Assembly: GCA_950097015.1 (NCBI GenBank)
Contig: CATNEN010000001.1
Span: 24,800,001 to 24,864,000 of the forward strand
DNA length: 64,000 bases
DNA from: Macrostomum hystrix
Taxonomy: Eukaryota; Animalia; Platyhelminthes
Direction of reading: 5' to 3'
The notes beneath the pieces were generated by a model. It saw only the letters and a list, made by a program, of their open reading frames with translations. It made no database searches and was not told the origin of the DNA. The position numbers and the translations under genes are program-made. Below are positions 1-12,800 of this stretch, piece after piece. Within the stretch, counting starts at the first letter, position 1. Every line of letters starts with the position of its first letter.

Positions 1-265
1 TGTGAGCCGCACTTGCTGCTCCTTTGGATTTATCTGGATAGCTCTATCATTGTTTTTCATATGCCACATTGGATCCCATTAATTAGACTAACGAATGATG
101 CATAAAGTAGTGGACCGATTAGGCCTTTTAAAAAATAATGGGCCAATTTCAAGATGAGGTAATACTTATAATAAAATCTGATATCAGTTTGTTAAGGCTC
201 GATTATTTGTCAACTAGACAATTGATTCCTATTTACCGAATGCTAATTAAACTTCTCCCTTGCAG

Positions 266-3200
266 TACCTGTCGAATCCTGACGAGCGACTCCGCTGGAC
301 CTCCAACGCGCTGCCCTCCGACGACCTGTGCGTTGAGAACGCCATCATCCTGAAGCGATTCAATCGCTATCCGCTCATCATCGATCCGTCTGGCCAGGCC
401 ACCGAGTTCATCGCCAACGAGTACAAGGGCAAGAAGATCACCCGGACCAGCTTCCTTGACGACGCCTTCCGCAAGACTCTGGAATCTGCTCTGCGCTTTG
501 GCACCCCGCTTCTAGTGCAGGATGTGGAGAGCTACGATCCCATACTCAATCCAGTACTCAATAGGGAGGTCCGACGCACCGGCGGTCGCACCCTCATGAC
601 GCTTGGAGATCAGGTATCATTAGCTATTTGTGCGATAATAAATGGCCTGTTTTGTGTGATAGTGAGTAGGTAGTCAAGTGGGATAATTAGAAGGTAGTTA
701 ATTAGTGGGATAATAAATAGGCAGTTCAGTGGGATAATGAGTAGGCAGTTTAGTGGGATAATGAGTAGGCAGTTTAGTGGGATAATGAGTGGGCAGTTTA
801 GTGGGATAATGAGTAGGCAGTTTAGTGGGATAATGAGTGGGCAGTTTAGTGGGATAATGAGTAGGCAGTTTAGTGGGATAATGAGTAGGCAGTTTAATAG
901 GATAATTAATAAACAGTTATGTGGGATAATGAATATGTTGAGAAAGCCGGTATAATATAAGATAATATAATATAAGAAAAACACTAACCCGTACTTCACA
1001 ATAAACCCGCAGGACATCGACCTGTCGCCAACCTTCACCATCTTCCTATCGACTCGCGACCCATCCGTTGACTTCCCGCCGGATCTGTGCTCGCGCGTCA
1101 CTTTTGTCAACTTCACTGTGACTCGGAGCTCACTGCAGAATCAGTGCCTTAACGCTGTCCTGCAGGCTGAGCGACCCGATGTGGACAAGAAGCGCGGCGA
1201 CCTGCTGCGGATGCAGGGCGAGTTCCAGGCCCGACTGCGCCAGCTGGAGCAGGAGCTGCTGCGGGCTCTCAGCGCCGCCCAGGGCAACATTCTCAATGAT
1301 GACGCAATCATTACTCAGCTGGAGACGCTGAAGAAGGAGGCTGCCGAAGTGTCCGCTAAGGCAGCGGAGGCCGACCAGGTGAGAATAGTTCTGAGTCTGT
1401 GTAATTCAAACTAAACTAACTAAACTGGGACGCGTTGTAGCCTAATGCTTAGAGGACTCACCATTTTAAGGTCGGAGGTTCTATTCCCGTCATTTAGCAA
1501 GATACTTAACTCTGCATGGCTTCAGTTCCCCAGTACCCATTTAACAGCTGCATTAGCTGGGGGTAATTGAGGGTGGGTGTGGCGTCCCCCCAGTCCATGG
1601 ACTGAACAGCCGTACGCAGCTTTCAGATGCGCCACGCAGTGTTGTCGGTTGCATATCTGATCTGATTGGGGCCGATTTAATTAATTATTATTTATAATTC
1701 AACTATTTACATTTTTTACATTTACATTTTAGAATAAACATTTCTTAATGTTTTGTTTCCTCTACTACTTCCCAGGTCATGGAGGAGGTGGACACCGTCA
1801 GCCGTCAGTACCAGCCGTTGGCGCAGAGCTGCTCGGCCATTTTCTTCACTTTGGAAGGCCTCAGCCAGCTGCACTCGCTCTATCACTACTCGCTGCAGTT
1901 CTTCCTGTCTATGTTTAACGCCGCCCTGCACACCCAGGGCCTTCAGGGTCTGACAGAGCCAGCTAAACGACTGGAAGTGATCACAGCCTCTCTGTTCCGT
2001 GTCACCTACACCCGGGTTGGACGCGGCATGCTGCAGCAGGTCTGTGCTTGTCTTGTATCCAAGCAATATAAGACAGACATAAGACATTTTTACTTACTAG
2101 AATTCGACTATATCATTTTGTCCTAAAACTCTCAGGACCAAATCTCGCTAGCTGTGCTGCTCGCCCGAATCTACCTGCGCGCCAGCAGTACACCATTCGA
2201 CGCCGAGTTTCAGCACTTCCTGCGATCCCAGATTGTCACTGGCGCACAGGAATTGGACTCGGCGAAGGCTGCCGCCAAACTGGCTGAGTTGCCCTGCTTC
2301 AAGAGCCTGCCCGGCCTCATCAACAAGAATGCCGAGTTCTCAGCCTGGATTGCTCAGGTCAGCCCAGAAAACTCCGTGCCAAAACTCTGGCAGGCGCCGT
2401 CAGCGGCCGAGGAGGAGCGCGGCCAGGCCATCTACAGCCTGCTGCTGGTGCAGGCGTTCAGGCCGGATCGCCTACTGGCTGCCGCGCATCGATTTGTTGC
2501 CGCCCTGCTGTCCGAGGACTTCGTGCAGGTCTGTCCGCGTCAATAGGGTGGCCGATCCATTCGAATTTCTACCCCAACTATGTCATTTTTCAAGACAGTG
2601 TTGTTAAGTAAACTTAAGCACCAAAGAAATGAAGTGTCTTGCTTAAGGCCAATTGACACCAGCTGTTATCCCTAGGACTAAGATTCGAACCCACGACCTA
2701 TACCTGGGCTGCAAGCTTTCCGTTTGACTAGAGTAGAATTTTAGGTTGGCTTAACTCCCCAAACCTGTCCATGAACTAAACAGCGTGGTTGCCCAACTAC
2801 GTTTATTTCTAATTCTCTTTTCACATCCCACAATTATGAATTAATCCCATCTCAGAGCTGTCAAATCCTGGCCGGCGACTTAGCCAAGTCCGTACTCGAG
2901 GAAGTAAACTCAGCTACTCCGCTGCTCATCTGCTCGCCGCCCGGCTACGACGCCTCCGGTCGTGTCGAAGAGCTAGCTTCCGAGTGCGGCAAACAGCTGA
3001 CTGGCATCGCCATCGGCTCAGCCGAGGGCTTCAGCGCCGCTGAGAAAGCTGTGAACTCTGGCGCCAAGACTGGCGGCTGGATTGCGCTGAAGAATGTCCA
3101 CCTGGCGCCCGCCTGGCTGGGCCAGCTGGAGAAACGCTTGCACACCTTCGCGCCGCATCCCAACTTCCGTCTGTTCCTCACTGCGGAGATTTCTCCGAAG

Positions 3201-6200
3201 CTGCCAACTAACATCATCCGCTCCGCTAGGGTGTTTGTGTTTGAACCCCCAGCCGGTCTGAAGTCCTCCCTGATAAGAACCCTCTCTGCCATTCCACCGC
3301 AGCGCATGACCAAGGCTCCTGCCGAGCGAAGCCGGCTCTACTTCCTCCTGGCCTGGTTCCATGCCGTTGTCCAGGTGAGCTATCCCGTTGTCATGCCAGC
3401 TATTATCCAATTGATCGGTCCGCTGTTGTCCCATTGATCTCTCAGCTGTTATCTAATTGATCTGTTAGCTGTTATCCCCGTTGATCTGTCAGCTGTTATC
3501 CCCGTTGATCTGTCAGCTGTTATCCCCGTTGATCTGTAAGCTGTTATCCCCGTTGATCTGTCAGCTATTATCCCATTGATCTGTTAGCTGTTATCCCCGT
3601 TGATCTGTCAGCTGTTATCCCCGTTGATCTGTCAGCTGTATTCCCCGTTAATCTCTCAGCTATTACCCTTAGTCTGTCGACTCTAATCCTATTCTATTCG
3701 TCTTAATCTCGCCCACAGGAGCGGCTGCGCTACACGCCGCTGGGCTGGGCCAAGCGTTACGAGTTCAACGAATCCGATTTAAAGTGCGCCTGCGACACCA
3801 TCGACACCTGGGTGGACGGCGCCGCAATGGGTCGCGCCAACCTGCCCCCGGACAAGATCCCGTGGGACGCCCTGCGCACCCTCATGTCCCAGTGCATCTA
3901 CGGCGGCAAGATTGACAACAGCTTCGATGCCCGACTGCTTCAGAGCTTCCTGGAGTCGCTGTTTGACACTGCCAGCTTCGAGGGCGACCGGCCCATTGTG
4001 GTGCACGCCGATGGTGTGGAAGGCGGCCGCATTATGCCGCCTGAGGGCTCGAGCCGCAATGAGATATTCGCTTGGATCAACAAACTACCGGACACCCAGA
4101 CCCCGTCCTGGCTGGGCCTGCCCAACAATGCCGAGAAGGTGTTGCTGAGGAATCTCGGTAAGCTGGCTCCGGTCTAGTATATGCCAGCATGCGCTGCACC
4201 GTATTGCATGGCCTTCTTTTGAAAACGATATTTTTTGTTTACACAGCATCTGCTTGCAAAAAGTACGACTTCTAATTCTATTTTGGAACTATAAATGCTG
4301 CCAGTCAGCTCCTAGGCTGCCCTGTGTTTGAGCACACTGACCACCCATCATGGCCGCTCTGAGGCGTTCCCTAGCTGTGGTAGAAAATGGCCTTCAAGTT
4401 GCGGCTGGCTCTCTTCTATGCTGCTGGTGGCCGCCAAACCACAATGAGCCCAGCAGAATGCTTAGAGAGTTATAGCTTTTACTGTTATTTTTAACCGTTG
4501 TCTCAAGTTGCGTTTTGAAGTCAGTGAGATTGTAGCTTTTGGAACTACGTATAGAGCCATAGTCAGCTCCTAGGCAGCCCTGTGTGAGCTCACTGCTCAC
4601 CCACCATGACTGCTCTGAGGCGTTCCCTAGCTGTGGCAGAGCACAGGCTCTCTACTAAGCTATGCTGCAGGCTGCTCTCACCTCACAGTGAGCCCTGCAG
4701 TACGCAAAGATTGCCACAGATTTTCAGAATTATTTGAGTAGATAATTTGTGTAATTAAGCCACAGTCAGCTCCCAGGCAGCTTTGAGCACACTGCTCAGC
4801 TATTGGCCGCTCTGAGGCGTTCCCTAGCTGCGGCAGAAAATGGCCTTCAAGTTGCGGCCGGCTTTCTTCTATGCTGCTGATGGCTGCCAAACCAGTCAGC
4901 CCGGCAGTACGCTTAGAGAGTTATAGCTTTTGCTGCTTTTTGCGTATTGAATCTTAAAGTTTGTCTTGAATTGCTCTTTTAAGTTAGATTTTGTTGATAT
5001 TAGGACTATGATTACAGCCACAGTCAGCTCCTAGGCAGCCCTGTTTGAGCACACTGCTCACCTACCATGACTGCTCTGAGGCGTTCCCTAGCTGTGGCAG
5101 AGCACAGGCTCTCTACTAAGCTATGCTGCAGGCCGCTCTCATCTCACAGTGAGCCCTGCAGTACGCAAGGATTGCCACACGTCGCTGCGATCGTACAGTA
5201 TTTCATTTCTCATTTATCCGCACTTCAATTATTTATTGTCTTTTTTAAACAGCCGCTTGCCTAATAAAGGACCTGCTCAAGCTTGAGTTGTTGGAGGAAG
5301 ACGAGAAGGACCAAGGCGGTAGTGTTCACGTTAACTGTCACATTGCGGCTTACTCAATCACAATGCCTTTCATTTTCGGTGCAGGAGTGCTAAGTTCATT
5401 ATTTATTTACTACTCAAGGGTGACATTTTTCAAATGTATTCGCTTTAGTCAGCAGTCTCGATAAAGGTGCAACTGTTAAAAAAATAGAAAAGCCACTTAT
5501 GATGGTGTCTGTTGTCCTTACACATTGTAATCTATTTAATGGGACATTTTTACCTTAGGTTAAATTAAATTATTTGAGACTCTCATATACAGGATATTTA
5601 ATTTGCTTACAATTCGGTGCTTTGTTATTCTGCTTTCATTGGGTTTTGTGTACTAATAAAGACGCTTGTACTCTAGGTTAATTTACTCGTCATCTGATTG
5701 TCGGTCGACCATATCATTGTAACTACTACTCCAATCAGTAGTTGTAATGCTCATGCCTATAATTCCATTGCATTCACCGTTAATAACTAAACATATTTAT
5801 AGTTACCCTTTTACTGTACTCTACAGGGCTTTCATGCCCATAGGATGCTACTAATATACTACTATTCCCCACACCCACCAGGCCAAGAGATGCTGACCAA
5901 GGTGATGCAGATGCAGCACGTGGAAGATGACGAAGATCTAGTTGTTAGCGGTCGCAAGCGCACCATCAGCAACGCCGGCGACGCCCGGCCAGCCTGGATG
6001 CGCCAGCTGTGCGCCTCGGCGAACGACTGGCTGGGCCAACTGCCCAAAGAGCTGCGCCGCATGGCCCGCACAGCCGAGAGCATCAAGGATCCGCTGTTCC
6101 GCTGCTTCGAGCGAGAAGTCACCTCTGCCGCCAATCTGCTGGCCATTGTTCGCAAGGACCTGACCGAGGTAGCCGCAGTCTGCGCTGCTGAGCGCAAGCC

Positions 6201-6825
6201 CACCAATCACCATCGCAAGATGATGGCCGACCTGCAAAAGAGTCTCATTCCCATTGGCTGGAAGAAGTACACAGTGCCGGCTGGCCTGACCGTCATCCAA
6301 TGGGTGGCGGACTTTGCCGAGCGAGTGCGCCAGATGGCCCGGGTGTCGGCTATGGTGGCCCAGGGCGGCATCGAGTCGCTGAGGTCCGCTCCCGTCTGGC
6401 TGGGCGGCCTGTTCATGCCGGAGGCCTACATCACCGCCACCAGGCAGACGGTGGCCCAGTCTAACAGGTGGGCCCTGGAGGAGCTCACCCTGGACGTCAA
6501 GATCCGGCCAGCTGGCGATGGTCCGCCTCCGGACGCCAGCACCTTCGTTGTCCACGGCCTGCGGCTGATGGGCGCCGAGTGCGTTGATAACAAGCTGCGC
6601 CTGGTGAACACCATCAGCAGCGAGCTGGCCCGCACCGAGATCTGCTGGGTGCGGCACGAGGCCTACAAGAAGCCGCCGGCTGAGAGCTCCGTCAGCCTGC
6701 CAGTCTACCTGAACCCCACCCGGGCTCAGCTGCTCTTCACCCTTACCTTCCACACTGAGGAGGCCAACACTGCCACGCAGTTCTTCGAGCGAGGCGTGGC
6801 TGTCACGGCCTCCGTGCTGGGCTGA
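266..6825 (+). CDS. DYNC1H1: Cytoplasmic dynein 1 heavy chain, 3' part (AAA5, strut, AAA6, C-terminal domain); gene begins upstream of the window
   Basis: Exons 266-613, 1013-1378, 1776-2039, 2136-2528, 2856-3374, 3719-4157, 5882-6825 have GT-AG boundaries and join in frame. Diagnostic peptides: [67 protein letters not shown]. Confidence 0.96.
670..935. repeat. 24-bp intronic minisatellite (gagtaggcagtttagtgggataat)n
   Basis: About 11 tandem units in the dynein intron 614-1012. Explains the spurious MSRQFSGI ORFs. Confidence 0.9.
1427..1690 (+). mobile_element. tRNA-derived SINE (intronic)
   Basis: A-box-like tagcctaatgcttag, B-box-like ggttctattccc, a central 'agcaagatacttaact' core-like motif and an AT-rich tail. 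The body recurs at about 20305-20510 (+), 9680-9766 (-), 2610-2715 (-) and 12880-13000 (+). Confidence 0.65.
2610..2715 (-). mobile_element. Partial tRNA-derived SINE
   Basis: The minus strand reads ggtcgtgggttcgaatc (B box) followed by ccttaagcaagacactt, the same core motif as in the 1427 copy. Confidence 0.5.
3420..3670. repeat. 24-bp intronic minisatellite (ttgatctgtcagctgttatccccg)n
   Basis: About 10 tandem units in dynein intron 3375-3718. Confidence 0.9.
4297..5182 (+). ncRNA. Cluster 1: four box H/ACA snoRNA-like units in the last dynein intron
   Basis: Units ~4297-4477, 4556-4721, 4759-4928, 5017-5182. H boxes: AGAAAA 4382, AGAGCA 4638, AGAAAA 4835, AGAGCA 5099. 3' boxes: AUA 4472, ACA 4716, AUA 4923, ACA 5177. 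Guides cagct/cgttcccta and (g)ctat/acgc(tt) are complementary to 28S rRNA. Confidence 0.85.
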
Positions 6826-7865
6826 GCTAGTTCGGGCTGGTGTCTTGGCTGGAAATTTTCTGTCTGACAAATTATGTTAATTTAACGGTTTTGACTAGTG
6901 CGTGAAACTAACAGCTTTATTCTCTCTATCTTGCTTTATATCGCTTTATTGCCCGTAGTTATTATTAATATATGAATATTCTATCGCTTCTTTGTCGCTG
7001 ATTTTAGTGAGATTAGCTAGAGATTTAACTTAACTTTATCTGGAATTGAAAGAAAATATAATCCTAAGATAAATCTTAAATTTATCTTAATCCCATTGTC
7101 ACATGGCAATAGGTACTCGGCAAAAATAGTTCTAGTGATCATCTTTTAGGCACACAAGAAGCAATTCTGCAATGCTATATACAAGTATCATTGTTATTGT
7201 TACTATTATTTTTATTATTCACATCTCTATTACTCAAGCCTATTCTTCCTTGAGCTACTTTCAAACTTAATTAAAAGTTCGGTAGATCAGTGTCTCACCT
7301 TTGCTTTTCGTAGTTAGCACGCTTTTGAGGTTCTCAGTGTTTTTTGTTTCTTCTTCAAAGCAGTAAATCTCTATTTCACCATTTTCTAGTGTGATTCTAT
7401 ATATTCTGTTCACTGATTCTTGGATATGTCTATCAAATTGGAATTGACTATAATTGGAAATATCAATATTTATTTTACTAACCAGTTTATTCAGCTTTCC
7501 TCTGGACTTGGACTTCAATTGAAGCTTTTGTTATATCTATTAGCTAAATTAAACTGCATAACTCACAGTTCTAACAAAATATATTCGATCTACAATCTGT
7601 TATTAGGCTAGGTTTTCAGCGTCATACAAAATCACTGTCATAAAGCTTTCTCACTTATTTACTGTAAAAATCTGTCCCATTTAGCAAATGACTTCTTATT
7701 TATAGTTATTAGGATGCTCCTGTTGTCAAGGCTTCAGTCTCATTTCAATCGGTAATCACCCGCACCAGGTAATCTCAGCAAATGTTACCCTGAAAAATAT
7801 TCTATTCTTATCTCATTCCCAAAGCATTGATCCACTCTAATTATTAGTTACAATATATACTATCA

Positions 7866-8230
7866 GCCACAGTCAGCTCCTAGGCAGCCCTGTGTTTGAG
7901 CACACTGCTCACCCACCATGACTGCTCTGAGGCGTTCCCTAGCTGTGGCAGAGCACAGGCTCTCTACTAAGCTATGCTGCAGGCCGCTCTCATCTCACAG
8001 TGAGCCCTGCAGTACGCAAAGATTGCCACATATTGTCAGAATTATTTGAGTAGATAATTTGTGTAATTAAGCCACAGTCAGCTCCCAGGCAGCTTTGAGC
8101 ACACTGCTCAACTATTGGCCGCTCTGAGGCGTTCCCTAGCTGTGGCAGAGCACAGGCTCTCTACTAAGCTATGCTGCAGGCCGCTCTCATCTCACAGTGA
8201 GCCCTGCAGTACGCAAAGTGAGCTACAGTA
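7866..8230 (+). ncRNA. Cluster 2: two box H/ACA snoRNA-like units just upstream of the MRGBP splice acceptor
   Basis: Units 7866-8033 (H 7950, ACA 8028) and 8071-8230 (H 8147, ACA 8225), with the same guide pockets. Confidence 0.85.
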
Positions 8231-8305
8231 GCTTTTACCATAGTCTCTATTTTAGTTGCAAATCTCTTATAAATTAATCGAACTTCCCGCTTGGCGCTTG
8301 CAGTC

Positions 8306-8938
8306 ATGACCAAAGGCAGCAGCTCTGCCACAGCGATGGGGTCGGCCGCTGACGGTCAGAAGCGACACCAGGCGGAGCCGTTGCCAGCTTGGCCCATCGA
8401 GCACGAGATGAACCTGTTCTCTGCGATGCGCGGCCACAAGCCTGTGGGCGTTGATCGGCACTTCCAGATGCTCTACATCTCCGAGAAGCTCAATGCAGCC
8501 CAGCGAGAGCGCGGCCTCCATCCCATCCCAATCAGGGAGATCTGGACCCTGCTGGACGGCCTGTACTCCATGCCGGCGCTGCACGACTCCGAGGTGCTGC
8601 CGTTTCCTAATCGGGAAGTTGAATTCTGCCTTCCAGCCGATTCGCCAGATTGGAAGCCGGTGCTCGCAATGGACTTTCCCCGCGTGCAGTCGGCTGCCGC
8701 TGCTGTCACCGCCCCTGGCAACGTTGCCGCCGCGGTGGCCAATTCCCCCGGACTGGCTGGCGAGGCGGCGACTGCGACTAGGAAACGCGGCCGGCCACCG
8801 CGCGGCACAGCTTCGCCGCAGGCGACGCCGTCCAGCCGCAGTCATTCGCCAGCGCCTAGTAGCGAGGCCGGCGACTCGGTGGCTGGCAGCGGCGGGGGCA
8901 GCCTCTATAAGAAGCCAAAGAGAGGGGCTTTGATCTAG
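8306..8938 (+). CDS. MRGBP: MRG/MORF4L-binding protein (Eaf7-like NuA4/TIP60 subunit) with an AT-hook-like KRGRP motif
   Basis: W-x-x-E-H-E-M-N-LFSAMRGHKPVGVDRHFQM...IWTLLDGLYSMPALHDSEVLPFPNREVEFCLP matches the Eaf7/MRGBP family. ATG at 8306 follows an acceptor-like ttgcag (8298-8303). Confidence 0.88.
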   Translation: MTKGSSSATAMGSAADGQKRHQAEPLPAWPIEHEMNLFSAMRGHKPVGVDRHFQMLYISEKLNAAQRERGLHPIPIREIWTLLDGLYSMPALHDSEVLPFPNREVEFCLPADSPDWKPVLAMDFPRVQSAAAAVTAPGNVAAAVANSPGLAGEAATATRKRGRPPRGTASPQATPSSRSHSPAPSSEAGDSVAGSGGGSLYKKPKRGALI

Positions 8939-9833
8939 CGCGATTTACTCTCTTAAATTCTCTAGTTAGGCATCATAAATCCAAGTAATGCAAATATTTC
9001 GGATTACTACTCACAAAAGTAGTATGTATGTATATCACTCACGCGTCTGTGTCTTGGTTTCCCGGTAGATTGAGTAAGTATCAAGTAATTGTCATTTGTC
9101 AATATAAACAACCATTTCCTCATCTCATGTCTTTGCGTTTGAATTTCCTTATTCATCAAACGTGTACATAATTTAACGAATGTAGTAAAAAGTGTAATCA
9201 TTGAGTGTAATTTTCTCGTATTATGCATTTCTATTTTCCCTATTTGACTCGTTTATCAGACGAATAAAATAATTATAACGAAGTTACGAACCGTTTTTTT
9301 ATGTAATGTTTAATGGTAACGTCTATGTGTTTTTATTATTTATTTTGTAAATCAGTTTAGGTATATCCTACAGTGCATGGGCTAAACAGCTGTTTAGTGT
9401 ACACAGCCAGGCACAATAGCCTTGCGGGCCCAACTGAATTTAGTGAAAGCAACTTCATTTAAGCTATTTCGTGTGCCAAATAAACTAAAAGTGCAATGAA
9501 ACTGCTTAAATTACAGCTTGTCCATCAAGTAGTATAACAAGAATGTTGCCAGATTAATTCGCTTACATTAGCCTCGAGTGGCTGCTTAAATATTCATTTA
9601 ATGCTTTGATCGCCGCTCAAGGTACGCATAGTGAAACAGAAAAGCAACTATAGACTAGAGAAACGCCACATGTACCATGAATTACCCCAGCTAGTTGCAG
9701 ACTTGAGTGACTCAGTAAAGCACCTTTAAGTCGTAAGTACGTCGCTCTGAGCACTAGGCTACATCAGGTTGTACTCAACTTAGAGTCTTAATAGTTCCTC
9801 TTACTTGACCCGCAGCTCCTGTCCGGCCCGAGA

Positions 9834-12800
9834 ATGTCCGCCCGCACCCGCCTGCCGCAGTATCTGGTTCCGGCCAGGCAGAGGGCGCTCAAACCGCAGT
9901 TTATGCGCAATCAACAGCTGGCCTCGCTTGAGTCTATGCTCAATAGGACTGTGCTCACAGTGCAGCGGGCTACTCATAAGGATATTCTGGGTAAGTGTCA
10001 AGACAAACTGTTTATAACTTTAAACTTATTGGCTACATATCTGTAAAATAAAAAGCATGTAGCTTCGAAATGTTCGATTTATGCGTTTGCCTTTTTTTAA
10101 CATTCTTTAAATAGTCCGCTCTGAGTAACAAGTCTTATGTTTTAAGGCCACATTCAGCTCCTAGGCAGCCCTGTCTTTGAGCGCACTGCTCATTCACAAA
10201 TATGGCCGCTCTGAGGCGTTCCCTAGCTGTGGCAGAGCACAGGCTCTCTACAAAGCTATGCTGCAGGCCGCTCTCACCTCACAGTGAGCCCTGCAGTACG
10301 CAAAGATTGCCACAGATTGTCAGAATTATTTGAGTAGATAATTTGTGTAATTAAGCCACAGTCAGCTCCCAGGCAGCTTTGAGCACACTGCTCAGCTATT
10401 GGCCGCTCTGAGGCGTTCCCTAGCTGTGGCAGAAAATGGCCTTCAAGTTTCGGCCGGCTCTCTTCTATGCTGCTGATGGCTGCCAAACCAGTCAGCCCGG
10501 CAGTACGCTTAGAGAGTTATAGCTTTTGCTTGTTTAAGGGGTTTAATTAATATTATAAATCTAAAAAACGTCTCAAATTTTCCCGAGGCTTTTTCAAGCC
10601 TTTCAGTAGATTCAGTAGATTAATTTCTTGGACTGCGAATGCAGCGCCACAGTCAGCTCCTAGGCAGCCCTGTGTTTGAGCACACTGCTCTTTCACAAAT
10701 ATGGCCGCTTTGAGGCGTTCCCTAGCTGTGGCAGAGCACAGGCTCTCTTCTATGCTGATTGGCTGCTGATTTGACAGTGCGCCCTTCAGTACGCTTAGAG
10801 AACTGCATTAGCATAAAGCCTGGTGCATATGAGCAACTGTTCTCATTGTCCATTTTCGGACATATACTCTATACTGTCTATACTCTTGTATCGAGCATCA
10901 GATCTGAACTTTTGCAGAATTCGGTGACCGCTACGTGTCATCTGATGACTCGCTGCCAGCAGCCATTGAACCCGCGCCAGGCTCCGGTGTCGACATCGAC
11001 GGTCTGCTGCAGCAGGCTCAGGCCAAGTTTGATCGCGATCTGCGCACTGCACGCGACACTCTCAGGCGAGAATTGGAGGCCGACAAGGAGAGAGCGCTGG
11101 CCGAACAGAAGGAGGAGTTCGAGCGGCACCTGGATCAGGTGAGCTGGCTTGCTCATATTGATATGTATGCATTTGATATTGTTAGCAAGGCCACAGTCAG
11201 CTCCTAGGCAGCCCTGTCTTTGAGCGCACTGCTCATTCACAAATATGGCCGCTCTGAGGCGTTCCCTAGCTGTGGCAGAGCACAGGCACTCTAGTAAGCT
11301 ATGCTGCAGGCCGCTCTCATCTCACAGTGAGCCCTGCAGTACGCAAAGATTGCCACAGATTGTCAGAATTATTTGTGTAGATGATTTGTGTAATTAAGCC
11401 ACAGTCAGCTCCTAGGCAGCCCTGTGTGAGCACACTGCTCATCCACCATGACTGCTCTGAGGCGTTCCCTAGCTGTGGCAGAGCACAGGCTCTCTACTAA
11501 GCTATGCTGCAGACCGCTCTCATCTCACAGTGAGCCCTGCAGTACGCAAAGATTGCCACAAATCGGTCTTAACTCATTTGTGTAGATAATTTGTGTAGCT
11601 AACGCTCACGGCGCGTCACTTGTGCTCATCTGTGCAGAGTCACGCAGAAGACATTGTGATCCCCAAGCGCGCAGGCAATTTGTTCGGCTAGGACAAAAGC
11701 ACGCAGTTTACAATTAGGCGAGACGTATTATCTCTTAAAATTTTCCTAAACAGTCACATTGCTTTACATTATTTACATCAAGGTTCAATTACTTGAATTG
11801 AATATTCAACAATAGAATATTCCATTGTTAGTCAGTTGTAAGAAATGATAGCTACATGTATACCACCGTTTGGGGTGACCTCACCTCCTTGAAGCTCATT
11901 GACGCCATCCATGCTTCGAAATTTTTTCGGAGCATCGAGAAGGGCCTCATAAGTGACTTTGTTCTCCTCAGGCAGTAGCTTAATGATTCTGAGGCACGTA
12001 TTCGTCCATCCTGTTGTGCCGTTAAAGAAGTTTTCTGCGTAAATCGGTAGCCTCTTGTACCAATACAGGCTCGAGTGTCTTTTTTCACCCTTGACTGGCT
12101 CCATTCTTTGTCTATACAGATTGGCGCCATCATATAAGAGTATTAGAGCGTCGGACTTTTCAAATACGAGCTCGTACAAACCCAGCTTGCCAGACTCATG
12201 CATCTAGATCAGAATGCGCTCTTGTACCAGACTCGAGCATCTAGAATGCGCTCTTGTACCAGACTCGAGCATCTAGAATGCGCTCTTGTACCAGACTCGA
12301 GCATCTAGAATGCGCTCTTGTACCAGACTCGTGCATCTAGAATGCGCTTTTGTACCAGTCTCGTGCATCTAGAATGCGCTCTTGTACCAGACTCGTGCAG
12401 CTAGAATGCGCTCTTGTACCAGACTCGTGCATCTAGAATGCGCTTTTGTACCAGACTCGTGCATCTAGAATGCGCTCTTGTACCAGACTCGTGCAGCTAG
12501 AATGCGCTCTTGTACCAGACTCGTGCATCTAGAATGCGCTTTTGTACCAGTCTCGTGCATCTAGAATGCGCTCTTGTACCAGACTCGTGCAGCTAGAATG
12601 CGCTCTTGTACCAGACTCGTGCATCTAGAATGCGCTTTTGTACCAGTCTCGTGCATCTAGAATGCGCTCTTGTACCAGACTCGTGCAGCTAGAATGCGCT
12701 CTTGTACCAGACTCGTGCATCTAGAATGCGCTTTTGTACCAGTCTCGTGCATCTAGAATGCGCTCTTGTACCAGACTCATGCATCTAGAATGCGCTTTTG

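Noticed and set aside
610-1116. ORFs 610-1116(-) and 737-955(+), and similar repetitive ORFs at 25333-25656, 31060-32119, 33215-33660, 55186-55680, 62793-63249
   Set aside because: These are translations of minisatellites whose units lack stops in some frames.
1427-1495. tRNA gene
   Set aside because: It has A/B-box-like motifs but no complete cloverleaf and continues into a repeated SINE body.
5938-6870. 310-aa antisense ORF over dynein, and similar antisense ORFs over DDX39 and the EGFR-like genes
   Set aside because: Shadow ORFs of real coding sequence with no recognisable domain.
7267-7611. Short AT-rich ORFs between dynein and MRGBP
   Set aside because: No motif, and codon usage unlike the real genes here.
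11832-12203. 123-aa minus-strand ORF nested in an intron beside the 32-bp array
   Set aside because: It begins inside the repeat edge and has no recognisable family. It may be transposon debris, but I cannot support a call.
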